Made by a program: the position numbers and the translations under genes. A stretch of DNA of 64,000 bases from an uncultured Eubacteriales bacterium (GTDB lineage: Bacteria; Bacillota; Clostridia; Oscillospirales; CAG-272), in the NCBI GenBank assembly GCA_958414825.1, contig CATYXQ010000004.1, positions 8,667 to 72,666 of the forward strand, written 5' to 3'. Within the stretch, counting starts at the first letter, position 1. Every line of letters starts with the position of its first letter. The notes under the pieces are model-generated. The model saw nothing but the letters and a program-made list of their open reading frames with translations. It had not been told where the DNA came from and made no database searches. Of this stretch, positions 45,038-52,196 are shown piece after piece.

Positions 45038-45299
45038 AGTCCGCAAGCCTCCCGTCCTCGTATGCCCATTCTGCGGCGGCGTCTCTCGTCTCCGCCGCCT
45101 CTCGCAGATCGAGCAGTTCACAAGCTTCTTCTTCGAGCAGATCAAACATCCCTTTGATGTTGTGGAAATCAAGCTCCATCATTGCCTCTTTGACAATATG
45201 CAGCGTCTGCTCGCACGACGCTTCATATTCCCGCTCCTTGATCTCAAGCCGCTCGGTAAGCGGCAATTCCCGCTCTGGCGGAAGTTCAGCATAAAACAT
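45024..45299 (-). CDS. Acidic hypothetical early protein
   Basis: ORF track. 91 aa and strongly acidic. Confidence 0.5.
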   Translation of the reverse strand: MFYAELPPERELPLTERLEIKEREYEASCEQTLHIVKEAMMELDFHNIKGMFDLLEEEACELLDLREAAETRDAAAEWAYEDGRLADYGAF

Positions 45300-45305
45300 T
45301 TTTCA

Positions 45306-46271
45306 TTACTCCCCGATTTTTTTAAGCGCAAAGTTCCCGGAATGTATGATCTGTTTGCGATACCGGTCTATGATCAAGCCATTATCCTGTACAACGGCTT
45401 TGTCAGTATTTGCCCACTCCATAACACCCGATGTTATCACTGTCGCATTGCCGCGGATGTTCTCGACTGTTGCACTGTCGCAGATGCGCTCGACTGTTGC
45501 ACTGCCGTAGATGCGCTTGACTGTTGCATTGCCGCAGATGTACTCGACTGTTGCATTGTTGCAGATGCGCTCGACTGTCGCATTGTCGTAGATGCGCTCG
45601 ACTGTCGCATTGTCGCAGATGCGCTCGACTGTTGCACTGCCGTAGATGCGCTTGACTGTTGCATTGCCGCAGATGTACTCGACTGTTGCATTGTTGCAGA
45701 TGCGCTCGACTGTCGCATTGTCGCAGATGCGCTCGACTGTTGCACTGCCATAGATGCACTCGACTATCGCATTGCCGCAGATGTACTCGACTGTTGCACT
45801 GCTGCAGATGCGCTTGACTGTTGCATTGCCGCAGATGCGCTCGACTGTTGCATTGTCGTAGATGCGCTCGACTGTTGCATTGCCGTAGATGCGCTCGACT
45901 GTTGCATTGTCGCAGACGCTTATGTTTTGACCGTCTTTGATCCAGTGCCTGCCGCCGTTTACCGTTAAATTATCCTCCCCGATATGTACATGCGCCGCAT
46001 ACCATGTCTTGACTGCTTCGCGCATTCTCGCTTCGTCTGCCTCAGCCACATACCAATCTGGCAATATATCCTGATCTACACGGTATATCCATGTATCAGG
46101 ATTGGTAAATATATCGTTGTCCCTTGGGGATAGCTCTGCGCGTACAAACATCCGTTCCGCGTTTTCGCGCGTATCCTCGATTTTCAGTTCCGCCAGCATT
46201 TCCTGATGGCCGTCATGATCCGGTATGTATACCCGGTCTTTTAAGATGATCCCGCTTTTAAGCCTGCACAT
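45306..46271 (-). CDS. Early protein with a 120-aa N-terminal domain followed by 18 tandem nonapeptide repeats (x-N/S-A-T-V-E-R/Y-I-C/Y)
   Basis: ORF track. The repeats run DNATVERIY GNATVERIY DNATVERIC GNATVKRIC SSATVEYIC ... GNATVITSG. Every other frame over the repeat is also open (shadow ORFs). Confidence 0.7.
   Translation of the reverse strand: MCRLKSGIILKDRVYIPDHDGHQEMLAELKIEDTRENAERMFVRAELSPRDNDIFTNPDTWIYRVDQDILPDWYVAEADEARMREAVKTWYAAHVHIGEDNLTVNGGRHWIKDGQNISVCDNATVERIYGNATVERIYDNATVERICGNATVKRICSSATVEYICGNAIVECIYGSATVERICDNATVERICNNATVEYICGNATVKRIYGSATVERICDNATVERIYDNATVERICNNATVEYICGNATVKRIYGSATVERICDSATVENIRGNATVITSGVMEWANTDKAVVQDNGLIIDRYRKQIIHSGNFALKKIGE
45426..45911. repeat. Tandem 27-bp repeat array (18 units) with a 135-bp higher-order duplication
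   Basis: The unit is about GCAnTGnCGnAGATGCGCTCGACTGTn on the plus strand. A block of more than 100 nt starting near 45480 recurs near 45615, an offset of 135 nt or 5 units. Confidence 0.9.
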
Positions 46272-46515
46272 GTTGGTTTCTCTCCTTTGAATTTCTCCAT
46301 GCCATATTCGGGAAATATACCCGAACCGGATAACTTTTTGAAATTGCCGCCAGCGCGCCGAAGAAAAGCTCGCGCTTTGGGTATAGCTTTACAATGCCGC
46401 TGGAGGGATTCAAATACCCTATGAGGTACGCCGCCGCCATACCGTTCCGGTATGCGCATATGCGGTACCGCATCGCTCCGATTTCCGCGCATATCCGATA
46501 TTCCACGCCGCTCAT
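46258..46515 (-). CDS. Hypothetical early protein
   Basis: ORF track. Its ATG is preceded by AAAGGAGAG. Preferred over the overlapping 46241..46618 ORF, which is Arg/Gly-rich. Confidence 0.5.
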   Translation of the reverse strand: MSGVEYRICAEIGAMRYRICAYRNGMAAAYLIGYLNPSSGIVKLYPKRELFFGALAAISKSYPVRVYFPNMAWRNSKERNQHVQA

Positions 46516-46536
46516 ATTGCTCTCCTTTGAATCGCT

Positions 46537-46695
46537 TTATTTTGTTTCGCCCTCTCCCGAAGGCTCCGTCTTGTCCGCGCGCGCATCCTTGCCCGCCGCG
46601 CTTGTGCCTGGAGCGCACCGACCAGCTTCTCCAAGCGTGATCAGCGCTCCGATCAGCGCAAACGGGATCAGCAGCGCTAATATGGTTGCAGTCAT
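46537..46695 (-). CDS. Small membrane peptide (52 aa), tentative
   Basis: My own translation is MTATILALLIPFALIGALITLGEAGRCAPGTSAAGKDARADKTEPSGEGETK. There is an AGGAA-type RBS. Below the ORF-track cut-off. Confidence 0.35.
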   Translation of the reverse strand: MTATILALLIPFALIGALITLGEAGRCAPGTSAAGKDARADKTEPSGEGETK

Positions 46696-46723
46696 TTTCA
46701 ACATTCCTTTCTATGCAATGCGT

Positions 46724-47050
46724 TCATACCGCGCCCCGAATGGCGGCTATTTTCTTTTCGCGCCGCAAAATTTCATCGTGTTTGTCTTTGAGTTCTTTGA
46801 TGTCAAGATGCCATGCTATATACGCATCTTTGGTCAGCACGTCGCAGGCGCTGTACGGTATGCGGTTCTGTTCGCGGGTATATGCGTTTGCCGCTTTTTT
46901 TAGAGCGGAAACACGCGCGCTGCCGATGCCGGGGAAGAGCATTTTGATTTCTTTTGTCCCAAGATATAAATTCTCATCGTAAATATGTACCGCTGTCTCG
47001 ATCGAAGCAATACGCGGTATGTTGATACAACGATTTACACTTGCGTCCAT
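46724..47050 (-). CDS. Hypothetical early protein
   Basis: ORF track. Ordinary composition, in an operon with its neighbours. Confidence 0.55.
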   Translation of the reverse strand: MDASVNRCINIPRIASIETAVHIYDENLYLGTKEIKMLFPGIGSARVSALKKAANAYTREQNRIPYSACDVLTKDAYIAWHLDIKELKDKHDEILRREKKIAAIRGAV

Positions 47051-47277
47051 TTTTTTCCCTCCTCAATGTCCAAAGCTTTGATTATCGCTTCCTTGATTTT
47101 CGGACTGTTATGTTCGCCCGAAAGCACCTTTAATAGCCGTGAACGGTCGCAATACATATCTGTCTTTTGCGTAACCTCCGCGCATAGCCAATCCAAGCGC
47201 TTCTCCTTTAAAATCAGCGCAATCTTTACGCTTTTCTCAAAATCTGTCATGGGTTTACCGATTTGTGGATTTCTCAC
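47035..47277 (-). CDS. Small hypothetical early protein
   Basis: ORF track lists 47035..47352. The GTG at 47277 follows AAAGGAGGAAGAA and overlaps the upstream TGA as GTGA. An alternative ATG is at 47250. Confidence 0.5.
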   Translation of the reverse strand: MRNPQIGKPMTDFEKSVKIALILKEKRLDWLCAEVTQKTDMYCDRSRLLKVLSGEHNSPKIKEAIIKALDIEEGKKWTQV

Positions 47278-47495
47278 AGTTCTTCCTCCTTTGTCTTGAT
47301 TTGCCCGCCCGCAAGTTCGTCCAGCGAGCAGCCCAGCACAGAGACTACGCACAAAGCAAGATTCATCGTCAGCGCTTTCGTGCCCCGCTCGATTTGCGCG
47401 AGCATACTCTGCGTTATGCCGAGCGCCTGCGCCAGTTCCACCTGCTTCATATTGCGCGCCTCACGCAGACGCTTTACGTTATCACCGATGTTCAT
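47274..47495 (-). CDS. Cro-like XRE-family HTH regulator
   Basis: ORF track. NVKRLREARNMKQVELAQALGITQSMLAQIERGTK. It is the first sizeable gene of the leftward early operon. Confidence 0.8.
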   Translation of the reverse strand: MNIGDNVKRLREARNMKQVELAQALGITQSMLAQIERGTKALTMNLALCVVSVLGCSLDELAGGQIKTKEEEL

Positions 47496-47578
47496 TTCAT
47501 CCTCCTAATAATTACGGCTATGACGGCAGCATTCGCAATGATAACAAGCACGTCAAGCACAATACCTAAAATGCCCAT
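47492..47578 (-). CDS. Hydrophobic 28-aa micro-ORF coupled to the cro-like gene, tentative
   Basis: My own translation is MGILGIVLDVLVIIANAAVIAVIIRRMK. GGAGGAAT lies upstream. Its TGA overlaps the cro-like ATG as ATGA. Confidence 0.35.
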   Translation of the reverse strand: MGILGIVLDVLVIIANAAVIAVIIRRMK

Positions 47579-47664
47579 ATGTTTCGATTCCTCCTTGTCA
47601 TATATTTCTTGACAACGAGCGGCAAAAATGTTATCCTGTTAACGGAGGGTTTCCCCTCCGCCCC

Positions 47665-47787
47665 TTACTCAAGCAGTTTGCCGATCAGATCGACAAGCGC
47701 CTTGATAAGGTTTAGGATTGCGGTAATCAGGATGAGACGTTTGGTTGCGCTATCATCCTGATTGCCATTCTTCTTCGCCTTGCTCAT
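47665..47787 (-). CDS. 40-aa micro-ORF at the head of the early operon, tentative
   Basis: My own translation is MSKAKKNGNQDDSATKRLILITAILNLIKALVDLIGKLLE. A strong RBS (AAAGGAGGT) sits 7 nt upstream. A perfect CGGAGGG-GAAA-CCCTCCG hairpin follows (47643-47660). Confidence 0.35.
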   Translation of the reverse strand: MSKAKKNGNQDDSATKRLILITAILNLIKALVDLIGKLLE

Positions 47788-47819
47788 TGCTTTTTACCTC
47801 CTTTATTTTTTTGTGGTTT

Positions 47820-47890
47820 CCTTAACCACGGTTTTATTATACTTCACTTTAGTTAAGCAGTCAAGCATTTTGCTTAACATTTGTTAAGTT
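47820..47890. promoter_or_regulatory. Divergent switch region with TTAAC/GTTAA-core operator-like repeats
   Basis: GTTAAGCA (47852-47859) and TGCTTAAC (47871-47878) form an inverted repeat. Related cores are CTTAACC (47821-47827) and TGTTAAGT (47882-47889). All lie in the 118-bp gap between divergent genes. Confidence 0.5.
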
Positions 47891-47905
47891 TGGAGATGTG
47901 CACAA

Positions 47906-48121
47906 ATGTTTAAAGATGTATTCGTGCAATTATTACAAAAACACAATGTTTCCGCTTATAAATTCTCGCAAGATACAGGCATACCGCAGAGCTTGCTGAG
48001 TAATTATAAAGCAGGTACTAAATCTCCAACATCTGACAATCTGGTAATTATCGCGGATTATTTCGATTGCTCCGTAGACTACCTGCTCGGTAGAACGGAC
48101 AAGCCGGAAGTGAATAGATAG
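47906..48121 (+). CDS. Short XRE-family HTH repressor candidate (CI-like, HTH only)
   Basis: ORF track. VSAYKFSQDTGIPQSLLSNYKAGTKSPTSDNLVIIADYF. It is divergent from the early operon. Confidence 0.8.
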   Translation: MFKDVFVQLLQKHNVSAYKFSQDTGIPQSLLSNYKAGTKSPTSDNLVIIADYFDCSVDYLLGRTDKPEVNR

Positions 48122-48130
48122 GATAAAAAC

Positions 48131-48427
48131 ATGGAAATGAAACTCACAAAAGAATCTCGAAAAGTCCTGAAATCCATCTATGATATTTATTGTAAGCGTC
48201 GCAAGATGGGACAATCAAAATCAGCTTCTGTATACTTTGACGCCGACACAGCAGACGGCATAGAGGGATTTAGCGATGCGATATTAGAATTGTCAAATGC
48301 CAAATTCTTAAAACTATTTATCACAGGGGATTTTGAAATCACGGATCAAGCAATTCTCTTCATGGAAAATTTTACAAAAGAAACAATATCAAAATGGCTT
48401 GAATTCGGATCAAATTTTATTCCTTGA
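48131..48427 (+). CDS. Hypothetical protein co-transcribed with the short repressor (possibly YjcQ-like winged helix)
   Basis: ORF track. It starts 10 nt after the repressor stop. The family assignment is only a weak impression. Confidence 0.5.
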   Translation: MEMKLTKESRKVLKSIYDIYCKRRKMGQSKSASVYFDADTADGIEGFSDAILELSNAKFLKLFITGDFEITDQAILFMENFTKETISKWLEFGSNFIP

Positions 48428-48698
48428 CTTCTGTCCCGTCCTTGTTGCAGCAAGGGCGGTTTTCTTTCGCGATATTCTCCATAAATTCTGTAAAGTGTTT
48501 CTCCGCCGTTTCTCCGGTTTCCAATCTTGCAGTGCTTACACTTATTTCCATGAGCCGTATTACTCCACCGGGACAGCTTTTTCCGCCTTCCTCTGTCGAA
48601 AACTCCAAGCGTTCAATTCCGCCCCCAATAAATACGCCATCCAAAATAGCCGCAGTACGTTCTCCGTCTGATGCTATAACCAGTTTAGGATAGTTCAT
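48417..48698 (-). CDS. Hypothetical protein divergent from the XRE/ImmA pair
   Basis: ORF track lists 48417..48782; I prefer the ATG at 48698 (MNYPKLVIASDGERTAAILDG...). Its 3' end overlaps the convergent 48131..48427 ORF by 11 nt. Confidence 0.45.
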   Translation of the reverse strand: MNYPKLVIASDGERTAAILDGVFIGGGIERLEFSTEEGGKSCPGGVIRLMEISVSTARLETGETAEKHFTEFMENIAKENRPCCNKDGTEVKE

Positions 48699-48758
48699 TA
48701 TTGCTTTTCCATCCTTTCCGTGGTATACTGTGGTTAAGTTCTTACCACAGTTAATTAT

Positions 48759-48803
48759 ACAATCAAATGATTGCAAAGTCAACCGATTTCAATCATTTGA
48801 TTG
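48759..48803. promoter_or_regulatory. Two copies of a 14-bp palindromic operator candidate (CAATCA-NN-TGATTG)
   Basis: CAATCAAATGATTG (48759-48772) and CAATCATTTGATTG (48790-48803) are each followed by CAA. They lie between the divergent starts at 48698 and 48843. Confidence 0.5.
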
Positions 48804-48842
48804 CAATTTGGACATTTGCATAATTTTAGCGGAGGTATTTTA

Positions 48843-49211
48843 GTGAAAGTTGATAGAATCAAATGTCTTGCGAAAGAGCAAGGCATTTCGCTTAAATTTT
48901 TATGCAATAAAATAGGCAAGCGCCGCACGTATATAGGAGAAATTGAAGCGAGGAATGGTACGATTTCGCGGGAAGACCTTGCTGTTTTAGCCGACGTTCT
49001 TGACACCACGCCCGAATACCTCCGAGGGGAGACGGATATAAGAGCAAAAAACCCTCTTCTGCAAAAAATCGAGCAGAAGAGGAAAACGTCCTGTTTAATA
49101 TTGGATTATCACAGCGAGACCGGCGAGCCGGAAGTTATTGACATTGCGCCGGAAAATGTGGAAAAAGTCAAAGAGTATGTAAGATTGCTAAATAACGACA
49201 AAAAAGAATAA
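48843..49211 (+). CDS. XRE-family repressor (ImmR-like)
   Basis: ORF track lists 48801..49211. The GTG at 48843 follows GGAGGT. HTH: IKCLAKEQGISLKFLCNKIGKRRTYIGEIEARNG. It is followed by an ImmA-type peptidase. Confidence 0.8.
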   Translation: MKVDRIKCLAKEQGISLKFLCNKIGKRRTYIGEIEARNGTISREDLAVLADVLDTTPEYLRGETDIRAKNPLLQKIEQKRKTSCLILDYHSETGEPEVIDIAPENVEKVKEYVRLLNNDKKE

Positions 49212-49296
49212 ATAAGTGCCGTTTTGTAGAAAATTGTTATCATATTTGTTAAAATCGCTTTGTACTATTTTTTTATACAAAGGAGATTTGGCAGAA

Positions 49297-50322
49297 ATGT
49301 ACAATGTTATTGCGCGCGCCTATGAATTTATTTTGGATAACCATATTCACAAACTCCCCGTAGACCTTACAAAACTGTCGAAAGTATGCAAAGCTTGCCG
49401 CCTGCATTTGATTTCGTACAGTTTAGCGCACGATATGATTTGTACGCTCGGCTGGGAAAAGCATATGCAGTATGACGGTTTTACCGGGACAGCTGACGGA
49501 GACGTTTATATATTGTATCGGGACGCATTGCCTATGGGACAAAAAATGCTGACGATTGCGCATGAAATCGGTCATAACGCTTTAGGGCATATGGATTACG
49601 GCGTCAATCAGCGCAATTTCAAGTGTTCGCCGCTGGAACAGGAAGCGGATCTGTTTGCGCTGTGCTTGCTGGCGCCGCCGTGTATATTGCAGGATTTCGG
49701 CGCGACCAGTATCCGGGATATTCAAATGCTTACATATCTCGACGAAGAAAACGCAAAAACTGCGTTTGACGTCATGGGCGGTTATTTGGGAACCTGTTAC
49801 GACAATAAAGTTGCGCGCTGTTTTCGGTCGCAATCCAAATCCAAAAGTTGGAGCGGTATATACATGTGTATTATCGCCGCAAGCGTCGTTATCGCCGCGA
49901 GCTTAATGTTAGCCGTATATGCAGCCAGGACACATTACGGCTACGGCGTGTTTACGCAGCCGGCGGAAACAATTGCCGGAGCGCAGCTTGCCGACGATGC
50001 ATCGGCTTCGATTGACGTCCTCGTTTCTCTGCGCGCTCGTATGACGGACAAGCGGTTTGTTCAAACCAGCGCGCCGCAAACCGAAAAAGCGTCCGTGATA
50101 ACGGACGCGCCGGATGAAAGGCCGGATGAAAGAATGAAAAATCCCACGGCAGCAATAGAAACCGTTTTGTCCGGGCAGGGCGAGACAGTCTATGTTACAC
50201 ATGCGGGGGATAAATACCATAAAGCGGGATGCCGGTATATAAAGAACAAAGACGCCGCTGCATGGACAATATCAGACGCACAGAACAGCGGAAAGACGCC
50301 GTGCAGCGTGTGCTATAAATAA
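49297..50322 (+). CDS. ImmA/IrrE-family metallopeptidase with a TM segment and a C-terminal Cys-rich (YH..C...PC..C) module
   Basis: ORF track lists 49216..50322. The ATG at 49297 follows AAAGGAG. Features: HEIGHNALGH, a TM segment (IYMCIIAASVVIAASLMLAVYA) and the C-terminal GDKYHKAGCRYI...TPCSVCYK. Confidence 0.8.
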   Translation: MYNVIARAYEFILDNHIHKLPVDLTKLSKVCKACRLHLISYSLAHDMICTLGWEKHMQYDGFTGTADGDVYILYRDALPMGQKMLTIAHEIGHNALGHMDYGVNQRNFKCSPLEQEADLFALCLLAPPCILQDFGATSIRDIQMLTYLDEENAKTAFDVMGGYLGTCYDNKVARCFRSQSKSKSWSGIYMCIIAASVVIAASLMLAVYAARTHYGYGVFTQPAETIAGAQLADDASASIDVLVSLRARMTDKRFVQTSAPQTEKASVITDAPDERPDERMKNPTAAIETVLSGQGETVYVTHAGDKYHKAGCRYIKNKDAAAWTISDAQNSGKTPCSVCYK

Positions 50323-50340
50323 AGAGGGCATACGCCCTCT
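50323..50340. repeat. 18-bp palindromic hairpin (terminator-like), copy 1 flanking the yefM-yoeB cassette
   Basis: AGAGGGC-ATAC-GCCCTCT followed by TCTT. It is identical to 50969-50986. Confidence 0.8.
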
Positions 50341-50349
50341 TCTTATGAA

Positions 50350-50610
50350 TTAATCCTCATAGTGTCCCATGCAAGATGCGATCAACAAATTCCCGTTTGC
50401 GTCAATATCGTACACGAGTCTGTTTTTTTCATCGATACGCCGACTCCATCCTTTACGATATTTTAAAGCTTCCGGCTTGCCGATCCCGCTATTTACGCCA
50501 TTGCGCTCGATGTCTTTGATTAAATCGTTGAGCTTTTTCAGCGTTTTGCGATCCTGTGTCTGCCAATACAAATATTCGTCCCATGCTCGATCCGACCAGA
50601 GCTTATTCAT
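50350..50610 (-). CDS. yoeB: YoeB/Txe-family toxin (ribosome-dependent mRNA interferase)
   Basis: ORF track. WSDRAWDEYLYWQTQDRKTLKKLNDLIKDIERN...GKPEALK...WSRRIDEKNRLVY is the classical YoeB pattern. Confidence 0.9.
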   Translation of the reverse strand: MNKLWSDRAWDEYLYWQTQDRKTLKKLNDLIKDIERNGVNSGIGKPEALKYRKGWSRRIDEKNRLVYDIDANGNLLIASCMGHYED

Positions 50611-50860
50611 CGTCGCTAACCTCGATTAGATCGTGCTGCACCCCGTTTCCTGCGTGCAGCTGTGCAAATGAGCGGTCTAATTTACTTAAATACTCCGCAT
50701 TCCGCATCGCTTTCTGCATAGCGTTCCACTCTTCTAAACTGATAATAACTACATTTTTTTCCCCTTTGCGTGTGACGATTACCGTTTCTTTATCATCCGT
50801 TACTTTATCGCAGTAAGATTTAAGATTGTCCCGAATGGTAGAATAATTTACAGCCAGCAT
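50603..50860 (-). CDS. yefM: YefM/Phd-family antitoxin
   Basis: ORF track lists 50603..50881. The ATG at 50860 lies 9 nt after AAAGGAG. NYSTIRDNLKSYCDKVTDDKETVIVTRKGEKNVVIISLEEW. It overlaps the yoeB start by 8 nt. Confidence 0.85.
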   Translation of the reverse strand: MLAVNYSTIRDNLKSYCDKVTDDKETVIVTRKGEKNVVIISLEEWNAMQKAMRNAEYLSKLDRSFAQLHAGNGVQHDLIEVSDDE

Positions 50861-50968
50861 ATTTTTAAACTCCTTTCGCAATATTAGTACAACTTATTGT
50901 ACAATATCATTATATGTTTGTCAATATATTTTTACTATATCAATAAGATTTTATTTTGTACTAAAAGA

Positions 50969-50986
50969 AGAGGGCATACGCCCTCT
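50969..50986. repeat. 18-bp palindromic hairpin, copy 2 flanking the yefM-yoeB cassette
   Basis: AGAGGGCATACGCCCTCT is identical to 50323-50340. Confidence 0.8.
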
Positions 50987-51056
50987 CCTTGATTAACTTC
51001 CCGCGCGGAGGCGCGGATCGAAACGATAAATCTTGAAAGGGAAAGGAGGCGTAAAA

Positions 51057-52196
51057 GTGCCGATTTATAAATCGAAACGAAAAAAAGACGGCAGGCAGGG
51101 CTACCGTGTTTGTGTGAATTACACGGATAAAAACGGCACGAAGCGGCGTATAGAGCGCGCGGTCTACGGCGCTTCCGAAGCAAAGCAGGTCGAAAAGGAG
51201 CTTTTAGCCGAGTATAGCGGAGGCGCCGCCGGAGCTTTTGCAAGAATGACGGTCAGCGATCTTTTTACAGAGTATATGAACGCAAAGAAATATGAAATCC
51301 GCGCATCTTCATACGATAAGAGCCGCCGCATTTTGGAGGGAACGGTTCTGCCGCTGCTCGGCGGCGTTCGCATTGACCGCCTGAACGCTCCAACCTTGCA
51401 GAAATGGAAAAACAGCATTGCGGAAAAGGGAATTGCCGTTTCGACACAAAAGGCAGTATACAGCGAGCTTCGCGCGATGCTCAATTACGGCGTGCGCATG
51501 GAATATTTTTCGAGGAATCCTCTAACAGCAGTCGGGAATTTCAAGGAAAAGGATTTCACTCCGCCAAAGGATAAGCTGCATTACTACACCCCAGAGCAGT
51601 TTGAGCGGTATATTGCCGCCGCGCGCGCAGCGGCGGAAGAAATGAATACCATGATTGCGTGGGGCAATTATGTTTTCTTTGCCATTGCCTATTGCACCGG
51701 ACTCCGCAAGGGCGAAATCAACGCGCTGAAATGGTCGGATATAGACGGGGAGACGCTGCACGTGCGCCGGTCGGTAACGCAAAAGGTAAAGGGCGAGGCT
51801 ATTGTCGAAACGATGCCAAAGAATAAGACCTCGTACAGAGACCTTAAAATGTCCGCTTCGCTGATTCGAATATTGGGCGAGCACTTGAGCAGACAAAAGC
51901 GGAACGGCGGCTGGAGCGAGGAATTTCGCGTTTGCGGCGGTGAAAAATGTCTCAGCGATACCGGCATAGAGAATGCGAACCGCAAATTTGCCGACGCGGC
52001 GGGACTGCCGCACATCCGCATACATGATTTTCGCCATAGCCATGCGAGCTTGCTTGCCAACGAGGGAATCAACATACAGGAAATTGCCCGGCGGCTCGGA
52101 CATTCCAAAATTGAGCAGACCTGGAATACATACGCGCACCTTTATCCGAGAGAAGAGGAGCGCGCCGTATCCGTCATCAATACAATATCTCTTTGA
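51057..52196 (+). CDS. int: Tyrosine recombinase (phage integrase)
   Basis: ORF track lists 51033..52196. The GTG at 51057 lies 7 nt after AAAGGAGG. Catalytic pattern: GLRKGEINALKW (Arg), HDFRHSHASLL (H-x-x-R), NTYAHLY (Tyr). Confidence 0.9.
   Translation: MPIYKSKRKKDGRQGYRVCVNYTDKNGTKRRIERAVYGASEAKQVEKELLAEYSGGAAGAFARMTVSDLFTEYMNAKKYEIRASSYDKSRRILEGTVLPLLGGVRIDRLNAPTLQKWKNSIAEKGIAVSTQKAVYSELRAMLNYGVRMEYFSRNPLTAVGNFKEKDFTPPKDKLHYYTPEQFERYIAAARAAAEEMNTMIAWGNYVFFAIAYCTGLRKGEINALKWSDIDGETLHVRRSVTQKVKGEAIVETMPKNKTSYRDLKMSASLIRILGEHLSRQKRNGGWSEEFRVCGGEKCLSDTGIENANRKFADAAGLPHIRIHDFRHSHASLLANEGINIQEIARRLGHSKIEQTWNTYAHLYPREEERAVSVINTISL

Noticed and set aside
45426-45911. Regularly spaced 27-bp repeats that could be mistaken for a CRISPR array.
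   Set aside because: The units are contiguous with no spacers and sit in frame within a 321-aa ORF. No cas genes or leader are nearby. It is a coding tandem repeat.
44838-45968. A 376-aa plus-strand ORF, and the 118-aa and 104-aa minus-strand ORFs, over the repeat array.
   Set aside because: They are open only because the 27-bp repeat lacks stops in several frames. Their products are low-complexity (CC.A.ALD or SSASA repeats). The plus-strand ORF also runs antisense across the well-supported exonuclease start.
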